DNA of 63,373 nucleotides, filler included, from Reclinomonas americana ATCC 50394 (Eukaryota), in assembly GCA_048213135.1 (NCBI GenBank). It is 20 parts of 18 records of this genome, joined end to end, with 100 filler letters (N's around TTAATTAATTAA, not from the genome) between each part and the next. Parts side by side here need not be neighbours in the genome. Positions count along the whole stretch, not along the records: positions 51,537 to 59,283 come from AFZH01016700.1; positions 59,384 to 60,555 come from PS016093.1; positions 60,656 to 62,135 come from AFZH01016704.1; positions 62,236 to 63,373 come from AFZH01016709.1; 16 more parts are not named here. The stretch is one strand, 5' to 3'. Position 1 is the first letter of the stretch; each line of letters starts with the position of its first letter. Positions 53,070 through 63,373 of this stretch are shown here, one piece after another. The position numbers were made by a program, and so were the translations under genes. The notes below the pieces were generated by a model that worked only from the letters and a program-made list of their open reading frames with translations, was not told the DNA's origin and searched no databases.

Positions 53070-56000
53070 CTACATGTATTCCTCCTCCTCCTCCTCCTCC
53101 TCCTCCTCCTCCTCCTCTTTCTTCACCACCTCCATTTTCACCGGCTTCTCGTCACTCAGCACTGCATTCATGCTCGTTAGAGATGACGGTGGCACGACAT
53201 CCAACAACAGCAGGTGCTCCCACATTGTTGTATGCAGCACTCACCGGCAGACTCAATCTCCGCCTTTGGAAGACGACCATCTCGAAGCAGAGTGGCCAGT
53301 AGGCCAGGGCAATTGTGGAGCAGATGCATGGCCTGAGTGACAAATGGCAGAAGAGCATTTGGAGTGCCTCCCTTCCGCATGTGCTCGGCATATTCCTACA
53401 ATCCGAGAAAAGCAAAGTAAGTCAGCATCGGCAAGTCACAACGGAACACACAACCAGGGTCCACATGCCTCGGAGTAGCCGCGATCGTCAATCGCAATAA
53501 GTGGTCTCTCGACAGCATCCACCAGCGCAGCTTCTCGAAGATCGCTCTTCTAATGATTCCACATGCACACGATGGCAGGCAGGTCAGTTGCCATGCACAC
53601 GCAAGCGACTGTGACACAGAAATAACAAACTGGCACTCACCTCGATGAAGTTACTCACGCTCTCAAGCACACCCTCAATTGACTTGGGCGTCGTGCTGCG
53701 TGCATCTCGGGCACTGCTGGCAAGACTCTTGCCAAATGCAGCCATGACTACGGATGATGGACAGCCCGGTCCCTTCGATGGTATTCCGCAGTCATCACAG
53801 GCCAGGTGGAACAGAACTCGCTGATGATGGACGACTGTGGATTCCATCACCACGGGTGCCATGAGACCGAATGCCTTCACCAGAACCCTCTTCTTGTTAT
53901 CGCCCTACTCTCAGGTGTAACGGATGGGTGGGAGTGAGTGAGGAGTTTATGACAGCAATGTCGGCGATACAAAGAACACGCAACAAGCAATCTCGCCAGC
54001 ATCAATTGCTCGTTGATGCTCAACTTCGCAGGATCAATCTTGCGGCGCTGTGAAACACAGGACGCGCAGTGTTGAGACGTATATCATGCATCTATCATGG
54101 AAAGCAGCGTCGGGCGTACCTTCTTTCCCTTCGCGTCATCGTCTAAATTGTCGCTGTCGTCATCATTTTCTTCCTGCTCACCCTCCCTCTCCTCCTCTTT
54201 CTCCATCATCTCCATATCCCTCAGGGCTGTTCACATGTCTCAGCACAAGTAAGCAACAAAGCCACGAGCACAAGCAGCCAAACCTCTTTTACTGCACCAT
54301 TCGGCGGCACGAGCAATTTCCGCCTGCGAAAGGCAGCCGTCCCGAAGCAGAGTGGCCAGCAGGTCTGGACAGCCGTGGAGAGCCTGCATGGCCTGTCTGA
54401 CGTGTGGCAGAAGAGCACTACGAGTGCCTCCCTTCTGCAACTTTGCTGATTCCTGCCATCCAGTGTGAGCCAGCTTTCCATGACGCGCATTAGCAAACAC
54501 ACAATTTCACACGCGCCTCAGAGTAGCCACGGTCATCAAGCACAATCAGTGGCTTCTCGACGGCATCCACCAGCTCAGCTCCCCGAAGACCACTCTTCTG
54601 ATGGTGACATCCACGTCGAAGTCGAGTCAGGTACCGCGCACATAACAATCGGAAGGATACTGAAACAACACACCGACACACTCACCTCTATGAAATTGCT
54701 GACACTCTTGAGCACACCCTCCACCGACTTGGGCGTCTTGCTGCGTGCTGTATTGGCACTTGTGGCAAGAGCCTTGACAAATGCAGACTCGACTGCGGCT
54801 GATGGACACCCTGGTCCCTTCGACGGTATTCCGCAATCGTCACAGGCAAGTTGGAGGAGAACTCGCTGATGATGGAGGACTGTGGATGACATCACCACGG
54901 GTGCCATCAAACCGAATGCCTTCACCAGCATCCTCTTCTTGTTGCAACCCTGCTCCGAGGCGCAGTAAGCAGATGTGAGCGTCAGCACTGTCGGTGACAT
55001 GCAGAGAAAACAGCAACACGCAACAAGCAGTTTCGCCAGTATCAGTTGCTCGTTGATGTTCAGCTTCACAGGACCACTCTTGCGGCGCTGTGAAGCGCAA
55101 TCCACACAAAGTTAGGACACGCACCTGCCTTGCAACTAACGGAAACGAGCGACGGGCGTACCTTGCCATCGTCCTCGTCCTTCTGCTCTTCCTCCATCTT
55201 CTCCTCTTTCTTCACCATCTCCATCTCCCTCAGTGCTGTTCAATCGTTGTTGAGCACATGCACACACTGTACAGCAATGCAAGTCACGCAGCCAAACCTC
55301 GTTCACCGCACCACTGGACAGCACGTGTGATCTCTGTCTTCGAAAAACAGCCGTCTCGAAGCAGAGTGGACAGCAGGCCAGGGCAGTTGTGGAGAGCTTG
55401 CATTACCTGCGTGACGAATGGCTGAATAGGTGTCTGCTTGTTGTGCTGCATCGTCGGCAACTTTGATGATTCCTGACAACCAAATTCCAGAACACGGAGC
55501 ATGAGAATATGGCAGCCAATATGAACAACGCACACTGAGTGCGGGGCAGCCAACCTCCGAATAGCCACGCTCATCCACCACAACCAGGGGTCTCTCAATG
55601 GCATCCGTCAGAGCAGCGCCACGCAGTTCACTCTTCTGCATAATGCTACATACATTAGCGATGATATTGATTCAGTCGCGCGAAATGAATGCAGCTCACC
55701 TCGATAAAGTCGCTCATGCTCTGGAGCACTCCCTCAACTGACTTGGGCGTGTTGGCGCGTGCCTTGTTGACGGCATGGCCAAGGCTCTTGCCGAATGAAC
55801 TCACAACTGCCGTCGACAGGCAGCCTGCTTTCGATGAAGGGATGCCACATTCCTTGCTTGCAAAGTCAAAAAGAATGCGCTGATGATGGCAGATTGTGGA
55901 TCCCATCACAATCGGTGCCATGATGCCAAACGCCATCACCAGTACCTTCCTCTTATTGCAGCACTGCTCTCCCATGAATCACATCGGTGGTGCAATGTGC

Positions 56001-59000
56001 ACTCAATCAGCCAGACGACTACCGAAGGATGTCATGAATGTAATCAAACGCAACAAGCAGCCTCGCCAACATCAGTTGCTCATCCTTGTTCATTGTCGCA
56101 GGGCCACCCCCTCGTCGCTGTGGATACACACCATGAGATGATGCCATTGTGTGCTCCTGACCACAGTCATACCTTGCTCCTTTCAACTTCGCCGGAGTCG
56201 TCCTTCCCATCCTCCTCCCCGTCGACCCTCGAATCATCATCATCCTCCTCCTCCTCCTCCTCCTCCTCCTCTTTCCTCTTTTCTTTCTTCAGCACCTTGG
56301 CCTCCAGCAGGGCTGCATCTCTTTCGTCAGTTCTGACAAGTTGCACAGGAGAACGCACCCAATGCCATCCAACCTCTCTCACTGCACCACTCGACTGCCC
56401 GTGCAACCTCCTCCTCGGAGAGACAGCCGTCTCGAATCAGCGACGCTTGCAAGCCAGGACACTCTCGCAGCGCCTGCAAGGCGTGGGCTATGAGTGGCAG
56501 GAGAAGGTCGTTGCCATTCGGCTTCTTCTCCATCATCTTCCATGACTCCTGAAGCACGATCGACATCGTGAACGACGCGGGTGAGTGGACACAAACCGGT
56601 AAATGTAGAAAGAGCACACAAAGGAAAGTTTGCACACCTCCGAATGGCCCCGTTCGTCAACCACAATCAGTGGTCTCTCAATGGCATCTGCCAGAGCAGC
56701 GCCGCGCAGTTCGCTCGTCTGCAAGAGTTACATGTATTAATGGTGGTTCACTTTGCAGTCACGTGTGAAATGGATAGCACAGACTGCTCACCTCGATGAA
56801 GTCGCTCATGCTCTGGAGCACTCCCTCAACTGATTTGGGCGTGCATGTACGTGCGTGACTGACGGCATGGCCAAGAGTCTTGCCGAATGAATCCATGGCT
56901 GTGGACGACGGACTGCCAGCTCCCGATGAAGGAATACCACACTCGTTGCAGGCGAGTTCAACGAGAACGCGCTGATGATGCAAGACTGTGTTTCGTTTCA
57001 GAACTGGTGCCATGATACCGAACGCCATCACCAGAAGCATCTTCTTGTTGCACCGCTGTTTTTCGCACACACACACACACACGCACCAGGTATTATGACA
57101 GGCAAGCACACGACAGAGTGCAATTAATCTGCATTGCTGGGATATTGCAGCACATACACACGCAACAAGCAGTCTGTCCAACACGATTCGCTCGTCCATG
57201 CTCATATCCACATCATACAAACGGCGACTGCACTTGACGCGCTGCAAATACGCACCCCATGAGACATCAACAATTGACACAACTGCCTCCCAGGCCATAC
57301 ACAGGCGGCGACAACGTCGTACCTTGCTCGTCTTTGATTCTTCGCCATCATCACTTCCTGCATCCTCCTGTGAACGCAACGCATCAGCGCGTGGCCGAGC
57401 CCACGAAGACACACCCAGTCTTCGTCATTCATGAACTGTTGATGCTCACCTTGGTGTCAACTTCTTCATGCTTGATGTCATCGTCGTCTTTCTTCACCAC
57501 CATTTTCACATCGCCAGATTCTGCGTAATGCTGGTCAACACCAGCGCATGCAACAACAACAGCCGCACGAAGTTGCAGACCATTCGAGTGGCACCACGTG
57601 ACGGCGCGTGCAATCTCGGCCTCAGAGAGGTGGTTGTCTCGAAGCAGAGAAGCCAGAAGACAATCACACTCGCGCAGCGCATCCATTGCCTGCTTGACAA
57701 ACGACAGGAGATGGTCTCTCTGGGCCTTGTTCGCTGGAGACAGTCTCTCCCATGACTCCTGCCAATGAAGCCGAGTGAGCAAAGACCAGTCGACCCGATC
57801 ACAACCGACACATAAGATCGAGTAACATAAGCGCACCTCTGAATACCCGCGCTCATCTACCACAATCAGCGGTCTCTCAACAGCATCCGCCAGAGCCGCA
57901 CCACTGAGCTGGCTCACCTGCATTGTGCAATCATCTGCACGTTGGTTCATCTGTCACTGTCGTTCACTGACACACATGCTTGCTCACCTCTATGTACTTG
58001 CTCACGCTCTGGAGCACACCCTTCACGGACCTGGGCGTTCTGTTGCGTGAATCACTTGCAGCTTGACTAAGCTTCTTGCCGAATGCGCACTTGACTGCAG
58101 ACGACGAGCAACTCAGCTCCGACGATGGAACTCTGCAGTCGTCGCAGGCAACGTCGAAGATAGCACTCTGATGGTGGACGACAGCGGACTTCTGAACAAC
58201 GGGTGCCATCAACCCGAATGCCTTCACCAGAATCCTCTTCCGATTGCATCGCTGTGAGTGATACAAGAAGAATAGTGAGTGCGACGAGGAGAAGAAGGAG
58301 ACTGAAGGGGTTACAACGATGTCAGAGAGAGCATGCACACGCAACAAGCAGCTTGTTCAGCAACAGCTTCTCGTCAGCGCTCAACTCCACTGGTTTCGCA
58401 GCTCGAGTCTTGCCACGCTGTGAATTCACAACACGCATGATTGACACAAGAGAACCCAAATGCACATCGATGAAGAAACACAACAATGTCAGCGACAGAG
58501 AATTCACACCTTCTTCTTCTTTGGCGGCGGTGCAAGCTCGTCATCGCTGGATGCATCAACCTGCAGAGAATGAAAAAATATTAGGTGTCAACTGCGATGC
58601 ACAAGAGAGAAGCAAAGTGAGACGCGCGCCTCATCGGAGTTCACCTCAAGAGAACGCTTGCGGACCGATATCTCAACTGAGTCACGTGCAGGCAAGTTCT
58701 CACTGTGATCCACGAGAGGCGAGTCGACTCGCTGCCTCCTCGCGTGTTGCTGTGCAATCATGCCAAGGGCCAGCGAGAGAGTGAGAGACATGCTAATCTT
58801 GGGATGACACATAATCACTATACCTCGACGATGCCTTCCATCGCAGTGTGTTCCATGTGCTCCCGGTGAGCAGCTGTGTGCATGCCCCACCCAGGTGAGA
58901 CACTACGTGACGCGAGAACGCCAATGACTGCAGGAGAGAGAGAGAGAGACGCACCCTGCTCGAAGTGACGTGGACATTCACACTGAGCAGCGGCAATGGC

Positions 59001-59938
59001 TGCCGTGCTCTCGTCGGTGTGCTTCTTCTTCTTGTCCTTCAAGAGGCCAGCTGGTTCTGCAACAGGGAATCGAAACATCGACAATCCATGATGAGGAAGA
59101 AGAAGAAGAAGAAGAAAAGAGAGAGAGAGAGAGAGAGAGAGGAGGAGGAGGAGGAGGAGGAGGAGGAGGAGAGAGAGAGGAGGAGGAGGAGGAGAGAGAC
59201 GTACGTACGTACGTACGTACGTACGTACGTACGTACCGTACGTACGTACGTACGTAACGTAACGGTAACGGTAACGGTAACGGNNNNNNNNNNNNNNNNN
59301 NNNNNNNNNNNNNNNNNNNNNNNNNNNTTAATTAATTAANNNNNNNNNNNNNNNNNNNNNNNNNNNNNNNNNNNNNNNNNNNNGGAGGAGGAGGAGTGAG
59401 AGAAACGATGCACTCTCCATTGTCATCACCCAGCATCACATTGAGGGGAAAGTAGATGCGGAGCTCAACACACATACACACAGAGGGTGGGAGGGAAGGA
59501 GGACGCACAGCTGTGGCCACATGAAAGGCCCAGAGAGAACAATGACAACATAAGTGCAACAAGCACAATGAGAGAGATAAACACACACACACACACACCT
59601 TTCTTGGCAGTGACACTGGTGGTGGTGACAGACGTGGAAGAAGAAGAGGACGAAGAAGAGGAGAGAGGCACTCGTCGCCTCGCCATCGCAGGCACACCAC
59701 GATGAGCAGATGACACCGATGCGCTCTTCTTCTTGTCATCATCATCATCGTTGCTGATGGAGAGAGCGGAGGAATGCATCGTCATCATCGTCGGCGTCGT
59801 CACATGCTGCTTGCTGTCGATGAGCATCATGTCTGCTTTCTCATCGTCGCATGGAGAAGAGGCAGACATTGACAGCGAAGGAGTAGTTGTTGTTGTTGAG
59901 TGAGGGCGCGGTGGAGGAGGAGGATGTCGAGCGGCCAT
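53070..59938 (-). CDS. Unrecognised protein with five tandem ~215-aa repeats, copy 2 (paralogue)
   Basis: Start MAARHPPP at 59938. Same exon structure (core exons ending near 57988, 56792, 55699, 54687, 53641). TAG at 53070-53072. Confidence 0.7.
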
Positions 59939-60926
59939 TTGTGTGTGTCTTGGTTGTTGTTCTGCACACACACGCGCGCTGCGTGATGCAAGAAACGAAG
60001 AGAGTGAGGGATAGGAGACAAGAGATTCGTTGATCCGAACAGCAAGATGAAAAGGTGACAAGTCGTGATGTGAAGGGAGGAGGAGGAGAAGGTGAGGAGG
60101 GGCAGAGGAAAGAAGGAGAGAGAGGAAGGTGTCAGAGAACTGGACAACCTTGGGTGCATCGTCAACTGCGATTGTTCTCCATGACCAGCAACGCATTTGT
60201 TTCTTTGTTTTTGATCATGGAGAGAACATGGATCAGGGGAAGGCGGTGCTGAGATGATGATGGACAACAACTCCACAGAGTACAACAGAGCACCAGAGCA
60301 GTTGCACCATGGCATGGACACCGAGGAAGAGCCACGGACAGACACGACCCTGATCATTCATCGAGACTGCATTCCAAGCGCACCAGCAGAGGTCGTGACG
60401 ACTGCAGGCGCTGACACATAACCCGGGAGCTGAAGCTGCGTTCCTGGAGAACATTTCACGTGGCTCAACAATACTGTCGGAAGAAAGCCCCCATCTTCAT
60501 TTTTTGCGCTCAACCCACCCACTCACTCCTCCAGCTCATCCAGCAACTCCTCCACNNNNNNNNNNNNNNNNNNNNNNNNNNNNNNNNNNNNNNNNNNNNT
60601 TAATTAATTAANNNNNNNNNNNNNNNNNNNNNNNNNNNNNNNNNNNNNNNNNNNNAAGGGAGAAGGGAGAGGGGGGGAAGGGGAAAGGGAAAGGGGGAAG
60701 AGAAAGGGGGAAGGGAAAGGGGGGAAGGGAAAGGGAAGGAAGGAAAAGGGGAGGAGGGAAAAGGGGAAGTGAGAGGCGGACATCTACAGACACACTGTGA
60801 GCAAACATCGAATTCTCAGTGAGAGAGAGAGAGAGAGAAAGTGAGAGAGAGAGAGAGAGTAGACATTCGCAAACAGAAACCAACACAGACGTGGAGGATT
60901 GAGAGAGTTGTAGACAGTGACCAACC

Positions 60927-61979
60927 CTTCTGGCGATTGAAAATGAACGCCTTTGGCTCCGTATTCTGCATCAGGTTGGTGCGCGCCCCATCTGTGGGCG
61001 GCAAAATTGTGTTGTCATTGAACTTGTTGATTTGCGCATCTGTGCATCAAAAAGTGTTTGTAAGCAAGAGCGCCTTCCTCGACGCACAATGGCGGTACTG
61101 CTCCACCGACCAATGACAGTATCGTCGTCGGTGTCAATGTCGAAGATCATGATCACGGCGCCGGTTTTCAGGTTGTCGTTGTGGATCTGCAAGAAGGATT
61201 GTGAGGAGAGGAGCAAAAACCTGGGTCCAACATCGACGGGAACGCAACGGCATGCTGACGAGCGCGCACACGAGCGAGCACGGTCTTGATGAAGGATGCA
61301 GCGGCGAGTGGTCGCTGACCACCATCTGCGCAATGAGACACGCAGGTGAGGATCAATCATGTATACAGGATGCACGACACTCTTCTTCAGCTCACCAGTC
61401 TCGGAGCCAAACATAAAGTCAGAGAGGGCGCGGTTGTACTGCGTGCCAGCAATGTTGTACGGGACGCGAGTGGCCAGGCTACGAGTGAATTCCACCATGG
61501 AGATGGTGTTCAAGCGGAACCTACACCGCGATGATTGTAAGTCATCGTGTCGGCAGCGCACAGCAGAAGAACGTCGTCACGCAACTTGAGGTGCACGATC
61601 TCGTCGGGGTACGCCGTGAGGAAGCGCATGACGTCCTTCTTCACGTCGTTCCAGTTCTGACCACCAAAGCCACCGAGACCGACCGAAAAGTGCTCAAACA
61701 GCCACTCCTGATTCTTGGGCTTCAGGCGCACATCAAACCAGCGCCAGCCAGCACACATTTCTGCGCAGTCGTGGGTGTGAGCGGGTGAGTTGAGAGAGGA
61801 AAGAGAGCAAGGTGACGCAACGCTGCACAATCTTGAGCGCGTGCGTGCGCGCTGAGCTGTCCTCGGCTGTGGTCTTGCCGGCCTTGGGCTTGATTGGAGG
61901 GTACAGGCCGGCGTCGTGGCTGCCGGGGATGATGACCTCGTTCAGGCGCAGTTCCTTGAAGGAGTGGCCGAGCTTGCCC
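60927..61979 (-). CDS. PI-PLC X-domain (PLCXD-like) phosphodiesterase, partial
   Basis: LRLNEVIIPGSHDAG, GWRWFDVR, FLTAYPDEIVHL, VIMIFD. Confidence 0.8.
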
Positions 61980-62235
61980 TGCGGAGAGGGGAGGGAGATG
62001 CGGGGGGAAGAAGGAGAGGGGAGGGGGAGGGGGAGGGGGAGGGGGAAGGGGAAGGGGAAGGGGAAGGAGAGGAGAGGAGAGGAGAGGTGAGAGGAGAGGA
62101 GAGGAGAGGAGAGGAGAGGAGAGGAGAGGAGAGGANNNNNNNNNNNNNNNNNNNNNNNNNNNNNNNNNNNNNNNNNNNNTTAATTAATTAANNNNNNNNN
62201 NNNNNNNNNNNNNNNNNNNNNNNNNNNNNNNNNNN

Positions 62236-62740
62236 ATCTCGCACCATGTTTCTCCGGCACCAGATGGCATAGTTGTGTGCCGTCTCCACCGCCAGCCGAC
62301 CCAGCATGCTCACCGAGGAGGTGTCGCCCTCGCACAGCGACCGCCATGCACGCAGCAGCAACTCGATCTCGCCATTCATGTCAATCAGCGGCTGGATCAC
62401 GCGGACCATGCGGGGATCTGTGGGGCAAGCTTGGAGGGTCAGCAGTCGATTGAGTGGTGAGGACTGGAGGGGAGCGAAGACGTAACATCCAACAAGCACG
62501 TTGCGAATGCACAGGTTGTATCTCAGCGCCCGGCAGATGATGGCCGCGCCCTTGTGTGAGAATCTGTTGTCGGAGAGCTGTGCGTGGAGAGGTCAGAGGT
62601 GGAGAGAAGGGGAGTGAGAGAGAAAGGGGGACACGTACCACGAGCGTACGAATGACAGAGTTGTGATCGGAGAGGGCGATAGCCAGATCCGCACACCCGG
62701 CGTCCACGATATTGCACGCTGCATGCAAGGTGAGATTTTG
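62236..62740 (-). CDS. Leucine-rich repeat (RI-like) protein, partial
   Basis: LTLHAACNIVDAGCADLAIALSDHNSVIRTL and LSDNRFSHKGAAIICRALRYNLCIRNV. Confidence 0.7.
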
Positions 62741-63373
62741 CACGATGTCTTCTCTCTTAGTCCCTTCTCTGTCTCTTTGACGTAAGAAGACTCTGCCGAA
62801 TTGCTCTGCCTTCTGCCCTCCTGCCCCCTGTTCCCCTTTTCACATCTGGGATGAAGAGCTCTCGTCGGTGTGACGGCTGCGATGCTTTGCTCTGCCAACT
62901 CATCTCTTCTTCTCTTCCCTTCTCTTCCCTTCTCTTCCCTTCTCTTCCCTTCTCTTCCCTTCTCTTCCCTTCTCTTCCCTTCTCTTCCCTTCCCTTCCCT
63001 TCTCCTCATTTTCTCCTTCTCATACTGCTGCTGAGAAGATCTCGACGTATGAAGACTCCGCCACTTTGCTTTGACTTCTGGATCTGCCCTCCTTCCTTCT
63101 AACCGAGACAGTGCGTGTCGATGCCTTCTCGTTTGTTCTCTTCTCTTCTCTTCTCTTCTCTTTTCACACTGTCTTTCTCCTTCTCACTTTGCTGAGAAGA
63201 TCTCGACGTCTGACGACTCTGCCGCTTTGCTCTGACTTCTGCCCTCTTCCCCTCCCCCCCCTGTTCCCCCTTTCACATCTGCGATTAAGAGCTCTCGTCG
63301 GTGTGACGGCTGCGATGCTTTGATCTGTCAATCCATCTCTTCTCCTCTTCTCTCCTCTCCTTCCCTTCCCTTC

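Larger units (their letters stand above)
45185..60390. repeat. Tandem segmental duplication of about 7.7 kb (approx. 45185-52340 vs 52835-60380)
   Basis: Colinear similarity covers exons, introns, 3' flank and upstream region, at an offset of about 7.65-7.7 kb within contigs, with many substitutions. Confidence 0.9.

Noticed and set aside
53152..53200. Apparent frameshift and early stops in the repeat genes, suggesting pseudogenes
   Set aside because: The indel and the stops I checked lie within an intron (branch ctaac/ctgac, cag acceptor); the spliced frame stays open there.
59200..59283. (GTAC)n and GTAACG repeats at contig ends (also 38057-38120, 27450-27546, 7078-7101), superficially telomere-like
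   Set aside because: They occur only at contig ends next to long AG/AGG microsatellites and resemble pyrosequencing flow-order noise.

Overview
Draft scaffold of an intron-rich, GC-rich microbial eukaryote. Most introns are about 55-110 nt with CTCAC/CTGAC branch points; contigs are joined by N-TTAATTAATTAA-N spacers. In order, the window holds: a giant (~18 kb) LamG/SPRY/HECT E3 ubiquitin ligase with one internal contig reversed, a lectin-EGF-vanadium-haloperoxidase-like protein, XRCC4, a TTC12-like TPR/ARM protein, an equilibrative nucleoside transporter, an RRM protein, DAD1/OST2, Rab8, RNase H2 subunit C, two tandem copies of an unrecognised gene made of five ~215-aa repeats, a PI-PLC X-domain protein and an LRR protein. 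The main result concerns splicing. The residues right after the HECT catalytic cysteine appear to be encoded by four consecutive 1-nt exons (T17517, C17591, T17697, T17772) and two 4-nt exons (CTCG at 17865 and 17953), each between GT-AG introns with their own branch points. Joined, they give exactly AHTC-FFSLD-LP. A '+1-shifted' donor class (GTTGCGT, GTTGAGT, GTTACGT), found only after non-G exon ends, is also common here, and GC-AG introns recur. All gene models are manual readings with no transcript data or database searches.
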